Below the pieces are notes generated by a model. That model was not told where the DNA came from. It did not search any database and was given only the letters and a program-made list of their open reading frames with translations. Shown here piece by piece: positions 13,280 through 26,309 of a stretch of 64,000 nt of DNA. The stretch spans positions 33,170,001 through 33,234,000 of the forward strand of contig NC_042998.1 in NCBI RefSeq assembly GCF_006345805.1, read 5' to 3'. Position numbers and translations under genes: made by a program. Each line of letters opens with the position of its first letter. Position 1 is the first letter of the stretch. Origin of the DNA: Octopus sinensis (lineage: Eukaryota).

Positions 13280-14122
13280 AATGATCCAGAATCCTTGTCC
13301 GGCACCGGGTCGATCCCAAAATCTAATCAGTTTGTGCCAGTCACGAGGCCAAACATCCCTGAATGTTTCATCTGAATCCATCCAGCGGTTCCTGAGATAT
13401 CTTGTCTACGGAAAAACACGACTGAAAAAAAAAAAATACTTCCGCCTTCGCTGATAATAAAATAATAGAAATAATTATGAAAACATTCAGAGAACGCAAA
13501 GCTCCGCCAACGCAACACCAACATCCTCTCAACGATTAACCGGAGAGGATTTTTGAAATGAGAATATCTTAAGTAAAATCTTTCGCTAAATATCATGATA
13601 GCCTTTGGCATTCTCGTCTCTGAAATTCTGGTCTTCCTTTAGTAATCCTGTTGTTTTAGATTGATGTATAGAATTATGTATATGTGTAAGTATACTGTAA
13701 AGTGTTGAAATGTATGTATAATCTCCTAATATAATAATGAGCATTGTTTTTTTGTATATTTGTGTGTGTGTGTGTGTGTGTATGTATGTGTGTGTGTGTG
13801 TGTGTGTGTGTTTGTGTGTGTGTACAATGGAAATGGGATGGTAATGTTCAACGCTGAAAATGTGTGTGTATGTGTACAAGAAACCTATGTGAAACTTTAC
13901 ATATACATGTAAAGTAAAGAAAATATTTAAAAAAAGAATCCAGAAACCTCGTCTGGCACTGGATTGATCCCCAAATCTAATCAGTTCGTGCCAGTCACAA
14001 GGCCAAATATCCCTGAGAGTTTCATCCGAATCCATCCAGCAGTTCTTGAGATATCTTGTCCACTGACAAACAAACAAATACGACGAAAAACAATACTTCC
14101 GCCTTCGCTAAGACAGAGGTAA
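13280..14122 (-). mobile_element. Tandem Helentron/DINE-like copies
   Basis: Two copies of ATCCAGAA..GATCCC..AAATCTAATCAGTT.GTGCCAGTCAC.AGGCCAAA, each ending in AATACTTCCGCCTTCGCT. Confidence 0.6.
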
Positions 14123-14356
14123 TAATGTTCGTCCATACATACATTAAGCAAAACATACAAATCTGCACACACATACATACATACATACATACATACATAC
14201 ATACATACATACATACATACATACATACACGTACGTACACGCAAACAAAAATATCCAGTTGTTGATGTTGAAATTCCATTGAATGAGCCATGGATCTAGG
14301 TTAGAAACCGGCTCTTTCTCTATTGGCAAGAAATCTTGGAATAAAACTGAACAATG

Positions 14357-14539
14357 ACATACATACATACATACATACATACATACATCCATACATATAT
14401 ACATACATACATGCATGCATGCATGCATGCATACATGCATACATACATACATGCATGCATGCATACATGCATACATACATGCATACATACATGCATGCAT
14501 GCATGCATACATGCATACATACATACATACATACATACA

Positions 14540-14570
<31 letters not shown>
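14357..14570. repeat. (CATA)n/(CATG)n microsatellite
   Basis: Direct inspection. Confidence 0.95.
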
Positions 14571-14571
<1 letters not shown>

Positions 14572-15775
14572 CTGTGAATCAAAAGTTTCTTTGGCATTAG
14601 TACAAATCGTCTAACAGCAAAAAACTTAATCCATTCCAGCCCCAACAAACCACTCAAAAAAATTTTTTTTAGGAGTTTTAAACCAGAAAAGGTGTAGTTA
14701 CAAGTAAAATGACAATTATAAAAAAGAGAATGCAAAAGAATTTAGTAAACTGGTTTTATTAACTGAATTACCTTAAAGATGGGACGATTTGGGTGCTCGT
14801 ACTGCGGATTTCCGCTCATACTTCAAGACAAAAATTTGCATGAGCCACGGCTCGTACAGCAAATTACTCGTACAACGGGGCACTCGTATTGCGAGGTTTT
14901 ACTGTAACTATACACAATGTTCATATTTCTGGAGATGGGTCATGTCTCTGATGCATAAAAATTTTATGTATACAACAATGGTCTTCATCGGCAACCGATA
15001 AACGTGTCGTTATCGCTTACTTGTTTCGGTCATCAAACTGCAGCCATGCTGGGGCAACGCCTGGAAGAATTATGGTCGAACGAAGTGACCACAATATATT
15101 TTTTTTAAGCCTGTACTTGTTTTATCGGTCTCTTTAGCTGAACCGTTATGTTCCGGAGATGGAAACATGCAAAACCGGTTGACAAGCGATGGTGGAGGAC
15201 AAACACTGACATAAACACACACACACAACATATATATATATATATATATACATGCTCTTTTATCATTTTACTTGTTTCAGACATTTGCGGCCATGCTGGA
15301 GCACCGTCTTTAGTCGAACAAATTGACCTCAGGACTTATTTTTTGCAAGCCTAGTACTTATTCTATCAGTCAGGTTTGAAGTTCGTCCTTCTATCGACTG
15401 CCAACGAGGATTGATGGAAAATAACCAACAGCTGCACAACAGAAAACTCGGAGGAAATCGATAAAATATTTTGTCAAATCTAACATAAATGAAGATGTTA
15501 TTTGTGCCATAACTGAAATTCCAGTTGACATAAAATACGTTGTATTATCAAGTAAATATTGTAATTAACATTATGAGGCTAATTATTTCATGTAAACTAT
15601 AATGAGTATTATACATCCGGAATGTTTCAATAACAACACGGACCTAATTTTAGGACATTGTTGCTTAATTTCGTAGTTAACGCGAAATAGGTTAATAATG
15701 CGTGTTACCACGATTATCAGTTGTTTACTGTGGAATTGGTGAGTGAAACGACATCAATATGGTGTAACAAATACA

Positions 15776-16355
15776 AGGCAGCGATCTAACAGAATCATTA
15801 GCTCGCCGGGTAAAATGCTTAGCGGCATTTCGCCCGTCTTCACGTTGTGAGTTCAAATTCCAGCGAGGTCGACTCTCCCTTTCATCCTTTCAAGGTCGAT
15901 AAATTAAGTACCATTGGAATACTGGGATCGATGGAATCGATTAACCCCTACCCCGAAACTGCTGGCTTTGTGCTAATTTTTGAAACCATTACGCTGTAAC
16001 AAATAAGCCGGCGAGCTGGCAGAAACGTTAGCATGCTGGGCGAAATGCTTAGCAGTAATTTAGTCTGCCGTTACGTTCTGAGTTAAAATTCCGCCGAGGT
16101 CGACTTTGCCTTTCATCCTTATAAGTTAAGTACCAGTGAAACACTGGGGTTGATATAATCGACTTAATCCGTTTGTTTGTCCGCTTTGTGTTTAGCCCCT
16201 TGTGGGTAGTAAAGAAATAGGTACTACGTCTGTCTTTTAGGTCTGAGTTCAAATTCCGCTGAGATCGAATCTCCCTTTCATCCTTCGGAGTCGATAAATT
16301 AAATACCAGTTGCGACTGGCCCCCTCCCCCAAAATTTCGGGCATTGTGTCTAGAG
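15776..16355 (+). mobile_element. SINE-A copies
   Basis: Family A consensus. Confidence 0.82.
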
Positions 16356-16776
16356 TACACATCAATATGCTGTAACAAATAGAGCAATTCAAGAAAAAAT
16401 TGTAAATGTTTTAATTGCAATAATTAAAATGATTAATCCAAATAATGCTTTAAGATAATAAAGAAATATGCCAATGTTTTCCAGTTCGATTCTTACGCAA
16501 ATACGCGCGAGAGGGATAATGATTTCATGAACGAGAGATGCGAAGCTATTGTAGCAGTAAGCAGATGACTGACTCTTTTGTTTCAAAATAATAAGAATAT
16601 TTATCAAAGGTAATAATCTTAGAAGGTTCCTGTGATTTTCGAATGATATGTAAAGTAAAATATGAGACTACGAAACGTTGCAGTAGATATAAAATTTAAA
16701 TTAAAGATCTTAAGTCAAAAGCTGAACATCATAACGACTCAATTAATTTGTTCTAATTTTTACGAGATTAAAACAC

Positions 16777-16821
<45 letters not shown>

Positions 16822-17063
16822 TTAATAATAATAATAAACAAGCATATAAGTAGCCAATCAGTAGGCATTAGAAATGTTTGAAATAACAGTTAAATCTTCA
16901 TCAAACCAAACCTTTATCGTTATTTACATTTGATGGATATTTGTCCTCATCTTGTTTATTGTTAACACAACGTTTCGGCTGATATACCCTCCAGCCTTCA
17001 TCACGTGTCTTGGGGAAATCTCGAACCTGGATTCTCATTCCGAAGGTATTTTTCGATGTTGTT

Positions 17064-17100
<37 letters not shown>

Positions 17101-17103
<3 letters not shown>

Positions 17104-17172
17104 TCACTGCCTGGAATCGAACTCGGAATCTTAGGGTTAGTAGCCTGCGCTCTTAGCCACTACGCCATATGC
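17101..17172 (-). ncRNA. tRNA-derived Pol III head (not a functional tRNA)
   Basis: Reverse complement has A box TGGCGTAGTGG, anticodon-like arm GGCTACTAACC and B box GAGTTCGATTCC. A partial second copy is at about 32338-32395 (+). Confidence 0.75.
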
Positions 17173-17180
17173 CCATGGGC

Positions 17181-17227
<47 letters not shown>

Positions 17228-17301
17228 GTAATAATAATAATAATAATAACAACATCGAAAAATACCTTAGGAATGAGAACCCAGGTTCGAAATTTTCCCA
17301 A

Positions 17302-17347
17302 GACACCTGATGAAGGCTGGAGAGTATATCAGCCGAAACGTTGTGTT
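17302..17347 (+). ncRNA. Minimal type I hammerhead ribozyme
   Basis: GACAC-CTGATGA-A-GGCTG-loop-CAGCC-GAAAC-GTT-GTGTT with palindrome AACGTT. The inverted copy at about 16964-17009 has a C3G change. Confidence 0.88.
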
Positions 17348-17538
17348 AACAACAAACAAGATGAGGACAAATATCCGTCGAATGTAAATAATGTAAATAA
17401 TTCCTCATCTCTTAAATATAGAACTGCTTTATTTTTATTTGTTTCGAACAGCGCACTTAGGCGGTTCCAGAATATAGCATTCTTTTTTCTTTTCTATACA
17501 TGTGTGTATGTGTCTGTGTGTCTGTGTGTCTGTGTGTG

Positions 17539-17582
<44 letters not shown>

Positions 17583-17597
17583 ATATATATGTATATA

Positions 17598-17846
17598 TTG
17601 CGTTGGTGCATAATTATTGCGGCTTTTTTTCAATAAATTTTATTCAAACAAAACAATAACATGTAACAAAAACATCTGTAAATGATTATTCCGGATCATA
17701 TTCACCATCTATTTCAATTACTGCTTCCCATTTGCTTGGCAGACGCTCAGACCGTTATTTGAAGAATGTTTTTGTTAAATATTGTTATTGTTTTTGTTGA
17801 ATAAAATTTGTTAAAAAAAAGCCGCAATAATTATGCACCAACCCAA
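17598..17846. mobile_element. mariner-type MITE
   Basis: TIRs TTGCGTTGGTGCATAATTATTGCGGC and GCCGCAATAATTATGCACCAACCCAA. A lone related TIR is at about 21281-21316. Confidence 0.8.
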
Positions 17847-17879
17847 TGCACATATATGTATATATATATACATATATAC

Positions 17880-18088
17880 ATTCAAAATCTGACCGCGTGT
17901 GTACCGTTGGCGATTTTTTTTTCTCTGTCTTCCTTTCTCTGGATCTTTCCTCTTTCTATGTTTCCGACGAAGAGCTCCGCTCGAAACGTTAAACCCTCCA
18001 TCTTTCCTTCTTTCCTGAGCGTCCAATAATACTATATTTGTTCCACGTCCTCGCGTTGTTGTGTTTTTTTGTGCTTTCATGTTTGGAT

Positions 18089-18092
<4 letters not shown>
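17880..18092 (+). mobile_element. pLTR-like hammerhead-containing element in (TA)n
   Basis: Homologous to the reverse complement of 41381-41585, and both copies are flanked by (TA)n. Confidence 0.75.
17960..17994 (+). ncRNA. Minimal hammerhead ribozyme (U4C core)
   Basis: GTTT-CCGACGA-A-GAGC-TCC-GCTC-GAAAC-GTT-AAAC. Confidence 0.82.
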
Positions 18093-18161
<69 letters not shown>

Positions 18162-18176
18162 TTATATCAATCTATC

Positions 18177-18208
<32 letters not shown>

Positions 18209-18338
18209 ATATATATATCAATCTATTCTATCTATATATATATATATATATATATCAATCTATCTATCCTATCTATCTATATATATATATATATATATAT
18301 ATATCATCTAATCTATCTATCTATATATATATCTATAT

Positions 18339-18373
<35 letters not shown>

Positions 18374-18428
18374 GTATGCGTGTATATATATGTGTGTGTG
18401 TGTGTTGTGTGTGTGAAATATCAAAGTG

Positions 18429-18656
18429 TCGGCGAGCTGGCAGAAACGTTAGCACGCCGGGCGAAATGCGTAGCCGTATTTCGTCTGCCGTTACGTTCTG
18501 AGTTCAAATTCCACCGAGGTCGACTTTGCCTTTCATCCTTTCGGGGTCGATAAATTAAGTACCAGTTACGCACTGGATCGATGTAAACGACTTAATCCGT
18601 TTGTCTGTCCTTGTTTGTTCCCTCTGTGTTTAGCCCCTTGTGGGTAGTAAAGAAAT
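18429..18656 (+). mobile_element. SINE-A
   Basis: Family A consensus. Confidence 0.88.
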
Positions 18657-19100
18657 ATATACACAAAGAGGAGACCTTTGTCAGGACACTTTACATGCTA
18701 AAATGCCCGGTTAAAACCTAAACCGCGAAAAAAAAAAAGAAGTCATAAGGCACGCCGATTATAATACTAGAACAAAGTAACAAAACATGAATTAGTTAAT
18801 ACCGGACTCGAGTTTCGTCATAAATTCTAAATAAACTAATTTGTGATGTGTGGCTCATCAGCGAGATCGCTAATTAATGAATAATTATGAAGTTGCAAAT
18901 ACGTATCGAAAACATGTGGTTTAGGTTTTAACTGGCCTTTTTAGCATGTAAGTAATCCTTTTAGAGGCCTCCTGTTTGTGTATAGAAATATTCTATCCAC
19001 TTTTATATTTTTAAAAATATGTTATATCATATGACTTTTGTTTATGTGTGCTAATAACTGGTAATTAGATTAATTTCTTACCCTCATATTTACAGTAGTA
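18657..19100. mobile_element. Fold-back pLTR-like element with hammerhead in the inverted segment
   Basis: Arms about 18657-18730 and 18915-18984, followed by a tail that ends in (TA)n. Confidence 0.75.
18799..18867 (-). ncRNA. Hammerhead ribozyme, canonical core, extended stem II
   Basis: Reverse complement: ATCTCG-CTGATGAG...TCACAAATT/AATTTATGA-C-GAAAC-TCGA-GTC-CGGTAT, palindrome ACTCGAGT, GUC site. Confidence 0.8.
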
Positions 19101-20054
19101 ATATATATATATATAATATAATAAATAAATAAAATATATGCATATATACATACATATATGTACATACTTACATTTACATGTATATATACAAGCATATCCA
19201 TATATATATGAGTACAGAACACCACAAATAAACGTAGAACACAACGAGAGACGAGAACATAAAATCAAACAAGGAAACAGACTTTTTTTAAAACAACGAA
19301 AAAACAGAGTACAGGACAAACAATACAAGGAAAATTCCCCTTCATCAGCTGTCCCTGGTTCGACTCAAAGGTTTTATATATATATATACACACAACTTGC
19401 TTGGAAAAGGATGCGTGGCGTTCAATCATATAATAATATAAATAATATATAAATGTATGCATATATACATACATATATGTACATACCTACATATATATGT
19501 ATATATACATGCATATATTGGTACAGGACATCAAAGAAAACGTAGACGAAATGAGAAACGAGGACATAAAAAAAAAGAAAACGAACGTTTTTTCGAACAA
19601 CGAAAAAAGCAAACAGAGAAACGAGACATGCATAATAAAGAACATCCCTTCCATCAGTTGTCCCCTGTTTTATCTACTCCGCGTTACGAAAGTAAGGACA
19701 CGACTCGACTTCGTTAAAACAATCCTTCCCGTAAAGCAAATTAATTTAAATTTGGGGGTTTTGCGGCAATTTTTCGCTGACTAAGACCAGCCTCAGAGTG
19801 CCCAACAATACGACTCTTTGAAAATCTGACAGTTCTGCTGAATTTTTGTGCGTAGCATTGTTACTCTTCGCAAATGTTTAATATAATGGCACCTGGAATG
19901 AAAAAGAATAATTACATTGTAAATTCTACAAAAAAAAATTTGAAAATTAAAGGTGTCTATTTACTTCCTGTATGTCTGTGTATAGCTTCAAGCCGAATAG
20001 AGACTTGTGAATGGGTTTGGTAGACAGAAACTGAAAGAAGCCCATCGTATGTAT

Positions 20055-20425
20055 TCTCTTTTATTCTTTTACTAGCTTACACGGTCATTTTCACGGCGGC
20101 CATGCTGGAGCACTGCCTTTTCGTCGAAGTCGACCCCTAGGCTTATTTTTTGTAAGCCTGGTACTTATTCCATCGGTCTCTTTTGCCGAACCACTACGTT
20201 ACGGGGACCTAAACACACCAACATCGGTTGTCAAGCGATGGTTGGTGCGCGCGCACGCACACACACACACACATATATATATTTACGGCAGGCTTCTTTC
20301 AGTTTCCATCTAACAAATCTACTCACAAGGCTTTGGTCGGCCCGAGACTATAGTAGAAGACACTTGCCTAAAGTGCCACGCAGTGGGACTGAACTCGAAA
20401 CCATGTGGTTGGGAAGTAAGCTTCT
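20055..20425 (-). mobile_element. SINE-B
   Basis: Reverse complement of family B. Confidence 0.82.
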
Positions 20426-20788
20426 TTATTTCATCGAATTAGCCATAAAGGCTTTACATAGAGGGGACACTACAACACATGTGGGGACATATAACGTTAT
20501 GTCTGTGGAATGCTCAGCCACTTGCACGTTAATTTCACAAGCAGGCTGCCACTTACTGTGTACCTACTTTTGCACTCCGCCTTTATATGTACATTTGTAT
20601 AGATGCTCTCGGCGTAATTTTCAACTGTTTTTATGAAGTGTTTTTAAGTATCATCGTGTTTGTTTGTGCATATGTTTTTCATTAAAATTTCTTAAACTAC
20701 GTTTTTTCAAGTCGTAAATTTCTAAACAAATATTGTATTCAAGTTGTATATAACGAAATAATTATCCTTCAGATAGTAGTACTGATCT

Positions 20789-21203
20789 AAGGCAGCGAGC
20801 TGGCAGAAACGTTAGCGCGCCCGGCGAAATGCGTAGCCGTATTTCGTTCGCCGTTACGTTCTAATTTCAAATTCTGCCGAGGTCGAATTTGCCTTTCATC
20901 CTTTCGGGGTCGATAAATTAAGTACCAGTTACGCACTGGGGTAGATATAATCGACTTAATCCGTTTGTCTGTCCTTGTTTGTCTCCTATGTGTTTAGTCC
21001 TTTGTGGGTAGTAAAGAAATAGGTATTTCGTCTGCCGTTACGTTCTGAGATCAGATTCCACCGAGGTCGACTTTGCCTTCCATCCTTTCGGGGTCGATTA
21101 AATAAGTACCAGTTTCGCACTGGGGTCGATGTAATCGACTTAATCCGTTTGTCTGTCTTTGTTTGTCCCCTCTATGTTTATCCCCTTGTGGGCAGCAAAG
21201 AAA
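20789..21203 (+). mobile_element. SINE-A dimer
   Basis: Family A consensus with AAAGAAATA-GGTATTTCGTC junction. Confidence 0.88.
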
Positions 21204-22124
21204 TATATACTCCGTGATAATCATTTAAAGATGTGTTTGTTACCATGTTGTTAGTGTTTTAGCTGAATAAAATTTGTTGAAAAAAAAAACCGCAATTACT
21301 ATGTACCAACCCAATATTTTATCAGTCTTCAATCAAAGCACAGTTGTAGTAACATAGTTATTTGTTGCTGCAGTGAGAGCAATAGTATCACTGTGAGAAA
21401 TCGCAACACACCAACTCAAATAACTCGAATATTTTAGAAGGAATGGTAACACAACAGATTTGCAAAATATAACGATACGAGAGGATTCATGATATTCTGT
21501 ACTTGGCTTCAGGGAAATGAAATATTTAGAAAAGAATGAAGGTAAAATTTTGAGAGCAGTCAATGGTGCCAAACAAGTGAGGTTTATACCTAGAAAGAAA
21601 CTGCTGAACAACTTGAAGAGAATTACAAATTTTAATATCAATTACCTGCATGCAATGACTAACTATTGAAGCTACTGTAAATATGCTGCCTGAGCAAATA
21701 ACATGATACCAACACTTTCGTTCTTCAGTTTATTTTAGCCATCGCAGCTACGGCTTAGTAATTTTACTGTTAAAATCGCTTTCTTCATTGAGAGAAAGAT
21801 CATGTTACAAATAATCTGAATGCATGTGAGGTGAAGTAGATGCAATATTTGTGTAGCATTCAGAACAAGTATCAGAGTATTGATGGCAAGAAGAGGCGAA
21901 GCAGGTAAAACGAGTGAATCAAAGATGTGCAGCATACAGGCTTTGAAAAACCGAGTAGGTTTATAGTTACAATAGCAGAAACGAAATAGTTCTAGATGAA
22001 ACACACACAGTTGGCCAGTATAAACAAAATGTCTGAGTGGAAAGGCGGCATATTTGTATTTGTTCCAAATATTTTAATAAACTGGATTTAAGTTACTGCT
22101 TAATTTTTGTAATTTACAATTCAT

Positions 22125-22675
22125 TTCCACTCTAGGCACAAGTCCCGAATTTTGGGGGTAAGGGGCCAGTCGATTACATCAATCCCAGTAGTTAACTGGT
22201 ACTTAATTTATCGACCCCGAAAGGATGAAAGGGAAAGTCGACCTCGGCGGAATTTGAACTAATAACGTAAAGACAAGCAAAATACCACAAAGCATTATTC
22301 CTTATTGCTCACAGGGGGCTAAACATAGAGGGGACAACGAACCCAGTGCGTAACTGGTACTTATTTAATCGACCCCGAAAAGATGAAAGGCAAAGTCGAC
22401 CTCAGCGGAATTTGAACTCAGAACGTAACGGCAGACGAAATACCTATCTCTTTATTCCCCACAAGGAGCTAAACACAGAGAAGACAAAGAAGAACAGACA
22501 AACGGATTAAGTTGATTACATTGACCCAGTCTGTAACTGGTACTTAATTTATCGACCCCGAAAGGATGAAAGGCAAAGTCGACCTCAGCGGAATTTGAAC
22601 TCAGAACATAGCGGCAGACGAAATACTGCTAAACATTTCGCCCGACGTGCTAACGTTTCTGCCAGCTCGCCGCCT
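22125..22675 (-). mobile_element. SINE-A trimer
   Basis: Reverse complement of family A. Confidence 0.85.
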
Positions 22676-23156
22676 TTTTGTAATTTATAATTAACGATGC
22701 ATAGTAAATGAAAGTATTATTGTGACACCCACCTGAGAGAAACTTATAATATGCTTTTCTTGAGTTTGTTTTTGAAAATAATGATAATCCGTCTCTATAT
22801 TACAAGCGCAATTTTTAATATAATGCTTTCAGTTTTTTGCACAAAGCCAATGATTTGGGGGGGATGGGGTACGTCAATTACATAAACCCCAGTATTCAAA
22901 TGGTACTTATCTTATCGATTCCGAAAGAATGAAAATTCGACCTTGGTGAAATTTGAACTCAAGACGGAAGAAATGCCGCAAAGTATTTTGTCTGTCTTGC
23001 ACTTTGCTAAGTATTTTGCCCGCTAAGCATTTTGCCTGTCGTGCTAACAATCCTGCCATCACTTTACTTAACACATTAACTGATATGTGCCTGTATGTAT
23101 GTGTGTACGTGCGTGTTTGAGTGTGTGTGTATCTGTCTGTCTGACTCTGTGTGTGT

Positions 23157-23195
<39 letters not shown>

Positions 23196-24384
23196 GTGTG
23201 TGTGTGCGTGCGTGTACATGTCTGTATATAAATCAAAACTGGAGATTTGGATCTGATATTACTTATGTTGACGTGTAATTTAAGAACCAACACTTTCGGC
23301 TTGTTCTTTCTACACACCACACACACACACACTCCCACAGGCGCGCGCATACGTATATATGAGTATCATTATTCAGTTTTATTTCAAAATTTCTTACCAA
23401 CAGAGAAAGAGCCGGTTTCTAACCTAGATCCAAGGCTCCTTCATTAGAATTTCAACATATGCAGATATGTATGCTTTGTTTTTTTTATGTCTTCTCATAC
23501 ATATAGTCGAATGTCTAGACATGCTCATATATACTTAAATGATAAACTTCTGGAAAGTCTTACAGATTTCTAGTTTCAGGGCTGGCTTGGATGTGTAGTC
23601 TTCGAATCAGATTTCTCAAGATCGGTATTCAGGTAGTGTGTTACATATCTATGACAGCTGTATTAATGCTACTATCCCACTGTCACCCCATATTTGTCGC
23701 TTTCACAACCCTGTTTTCCCCTTCCCTGATGTCAGTCACACTCACTATGCCGCTACATTTCCCTCACACTAACACACTTGCACCTTTCTCATTTTATCAA
23801 ATAATAGTCCAACCGACCACTTCAATGTTATGAGATACTAGACTACTCGTGACACTCTGAGTCAATGACGGTTCCGGTAATAAAACATTGGAGCTGATTT
23901 CAACATTGCATTGAAATGAAAGTTAATTTTATGATGATTCAGTCAAGTATTTCAGTTCGTTTGTGTCATCATAGAAATGGCTCTGGCGAAAGTAGCGTTA
24001 ATTCTTTTCGGTCTTTCAATTATTCTCAGCCGATCAATAGACCAATTGAGTAAACCTATCAGTAACATACCTATAATGACTACAGGTAACAGCTGTAAGC
24101 CTAATTTACTCTAATAAAGGAAAAATATGTACTGAACATGTAATGAACATTATTTATACCGTCTTATATATCACTTTGTATAAAAACCAGATCGACTAAA
24201 TATACACTAGACAAAAATTACTCATACATTGAAATGTATGAGGTGGGCTATATGCCTAAATTGGATGCGTATGGAGCCATGTCAGCATTGATGTCATATT
24301 CAATTCCTAATGGTTCAGCCCATCATTTTTCGGTCAGTTGTTTAAGTTTAGTCGCCTTACTTGAAGCACATATTATTAAATAAT

Positions 24385-24790
24385 ACTCTTTTACTCTTTT
24401 ACTTGTTTCAGACATTTGATTGTGGCTATACTGGAGCACCGCCTTTAGTCGAGCAAATCGACCCCAAGACTTATACTTTGTAAGCCTAGTACTTATTTTT
24501 TCGGTCTCTTTGGCCGAACCGCTAAGTTACGGGGAGGTAAACACACCAGCATCGGTTGTCAAGCGATGTTGGGGGAACAAACACAGACACACAAACACAC
24601 ACACATATATACATACATATATACGACAGGCATCTTTTCAGTTTCCGCCAACCAAATCCACTCACAAGGCTTTAGTCGGCCCGAGGCTTATAGTAGAAAA
24701 CACTCGCCCAAGGTGCCACACAGTGGGACTGAACCCAGAACCATGTGGTTGGTAAGAAAGCTACTTAGCACACAGCCACTCCTGCACCTG
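24385..24790 (-). mobile_element. SINE-B
   Basis: Reverse complement of family B. Confidence 0.86.
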
Positions 24791-24939
24791 TGGTAAGTAT
24801 ATATATATATATAAATTATATATAATAATAAGTATATATATAACAATAATAAGCATATATATAACAATACTTATATATATATATATATATATAATATATA
24901 TATATAATATATATATATATAAATTATATATAATAATAA

Positions 24940-25040
<101 letters not shown>

Positions 25041-25196
25041 TGCTGTTAAAAGTGCTTGCTATTACGATTCCAACGAAAATGATTTTTAAAAATCCCCTCG
25101 GAGAGTGTCGTAGCAGGATTAAATAAACAATATTTGCCACAGTAGTTTGTATCAAAACCATAATTTTTCATATGATTTTTTTTCTTCACAATGAGT

Positions 25197-25250
<54 letters not shown>

Positions 25251-25986
25251 GTGTGTGTGTGCGGATTACCTCTCCGTGGGATATGTAGTGTAACCATTAG
25301 TTTTATACTTAGAAGCTACTGAAGTCTTTGTCTAATGCAAAAGATAAACAATATTAAGTAATTTCAAATAAAACTTGCTGTTATAAATTTAGCCTAATTC
25401 GTGCCACATCGGTTTCCTACGAAGACGCGAGGCCAAAACGCGTGGGATTCATGATACAAGTGACTGGATGCGAGAGTATATTGCTGCTCGTTATATACAC
25501 AGTTATGAAAGTTTAAAATGATCTCTGCAACAACCACCAATTACAATTTGTATTACAGAGTTATATCAAATAAAAGATTAACCTCACCCGGGGTTTCATA
25601 GGCGGCAAAGCGACAAAGAAGTATTATTTTATTAATTAACTAGCAGTATCGCTCGGCGTTGCTCGGGTTTGTTTCGACCCTTCAAAATTGGAATTTTGTG
25701 CCTATAGTAGAAAAGAAAAGGCAGCTAGCTTGACAGAAACGTTAGCACGCCGGGCGAAGCGCTTAGCGATGTTTCGTCTGTCTTTACTTTCAGAGTTCAA
25801 ATTCCGCCGAGGTCGACTTTGCCTTTCATCCTTTCGGGGTCAATAAATTAAGTTCCTGTTGCGTGCTGGTATTACACTTATCTACTGGCCACTTCCCACC
25901 AAATCTGAGGCCTTGTGTCTTGAGTAGAAAAGAATATTTATTTAATTTTGCATCTAAATGTAATTGTTCTCGCATTTTAAATAATA

Positions 25987-26309
25987 CTAGCAGTATCGCC
26001 CGGCGTTGCTCGGGTTTTTTTCGACCCTTCAAAATTGGAATTTTTGAAAAGTAAAAATTTTGCATTATGTAGCTTTAAGTGAACATTTTTTCTGGTTGAA
26101 ATGCACCGAAAAATGGTGACACAGCAGTCAAAAAATCGTAAAATATAGGGATTTTCATAGAAAAAAATGCACCTTTTTGATGTAAATAATTTTTGGTGTT
26201 AACATGGACCGATTTGAATTTGCGCCGCAGGGTCTCAGGGGAGATAGTGTTAGTTGAAGGCTACCAAACTTGCCATACACAGACAACTTCAGCTTTATAT
26301 ATAGAGAGA
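25987..26309 (-). mobile_element. Non-autonomous Helitron with the same 3' end; an extra 3' terminus at 25640-25697
   Basis: Reverse complement starts A|TCTCTCTATATATAAAG and ends CCCGAGCAACGCCGGGCGATACTGCTAG|T. Confidence 0.82.

Larger units (their letters stand above)
16920..17428. mobile_element. Fold-back non-autonomous element: tRNA-like head, (AAT)n, hammerhead and tail
   Basis: Arms about 16920-17098 and 17184-17390 are inverted copies. Palindrome ATATGCCCATGGGCATAT at 17167-17184. Short extra tail on the right. Confidence 0.85.

Noticed and set aside
14255-14357. About 95-bp repeat (inverse copy at 23365-23457) containing GAAACCGG
   Set aside because: It is a real repeat, but it has no valid hammerhead core or UH site.
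21330-21720. Possible old LINE coding remnant (EGKILRAVNG)
   Set aside because: Too degraded to assign.
25410-25450. CCTACGAAGA...AAAACGCGT hammerhead-like text (similar eroded motifs at about 19685-19730 and 36960-37010)
   Set aside because: Several core positions are wrong, so it cannot be distinguished from chance without a consensus.
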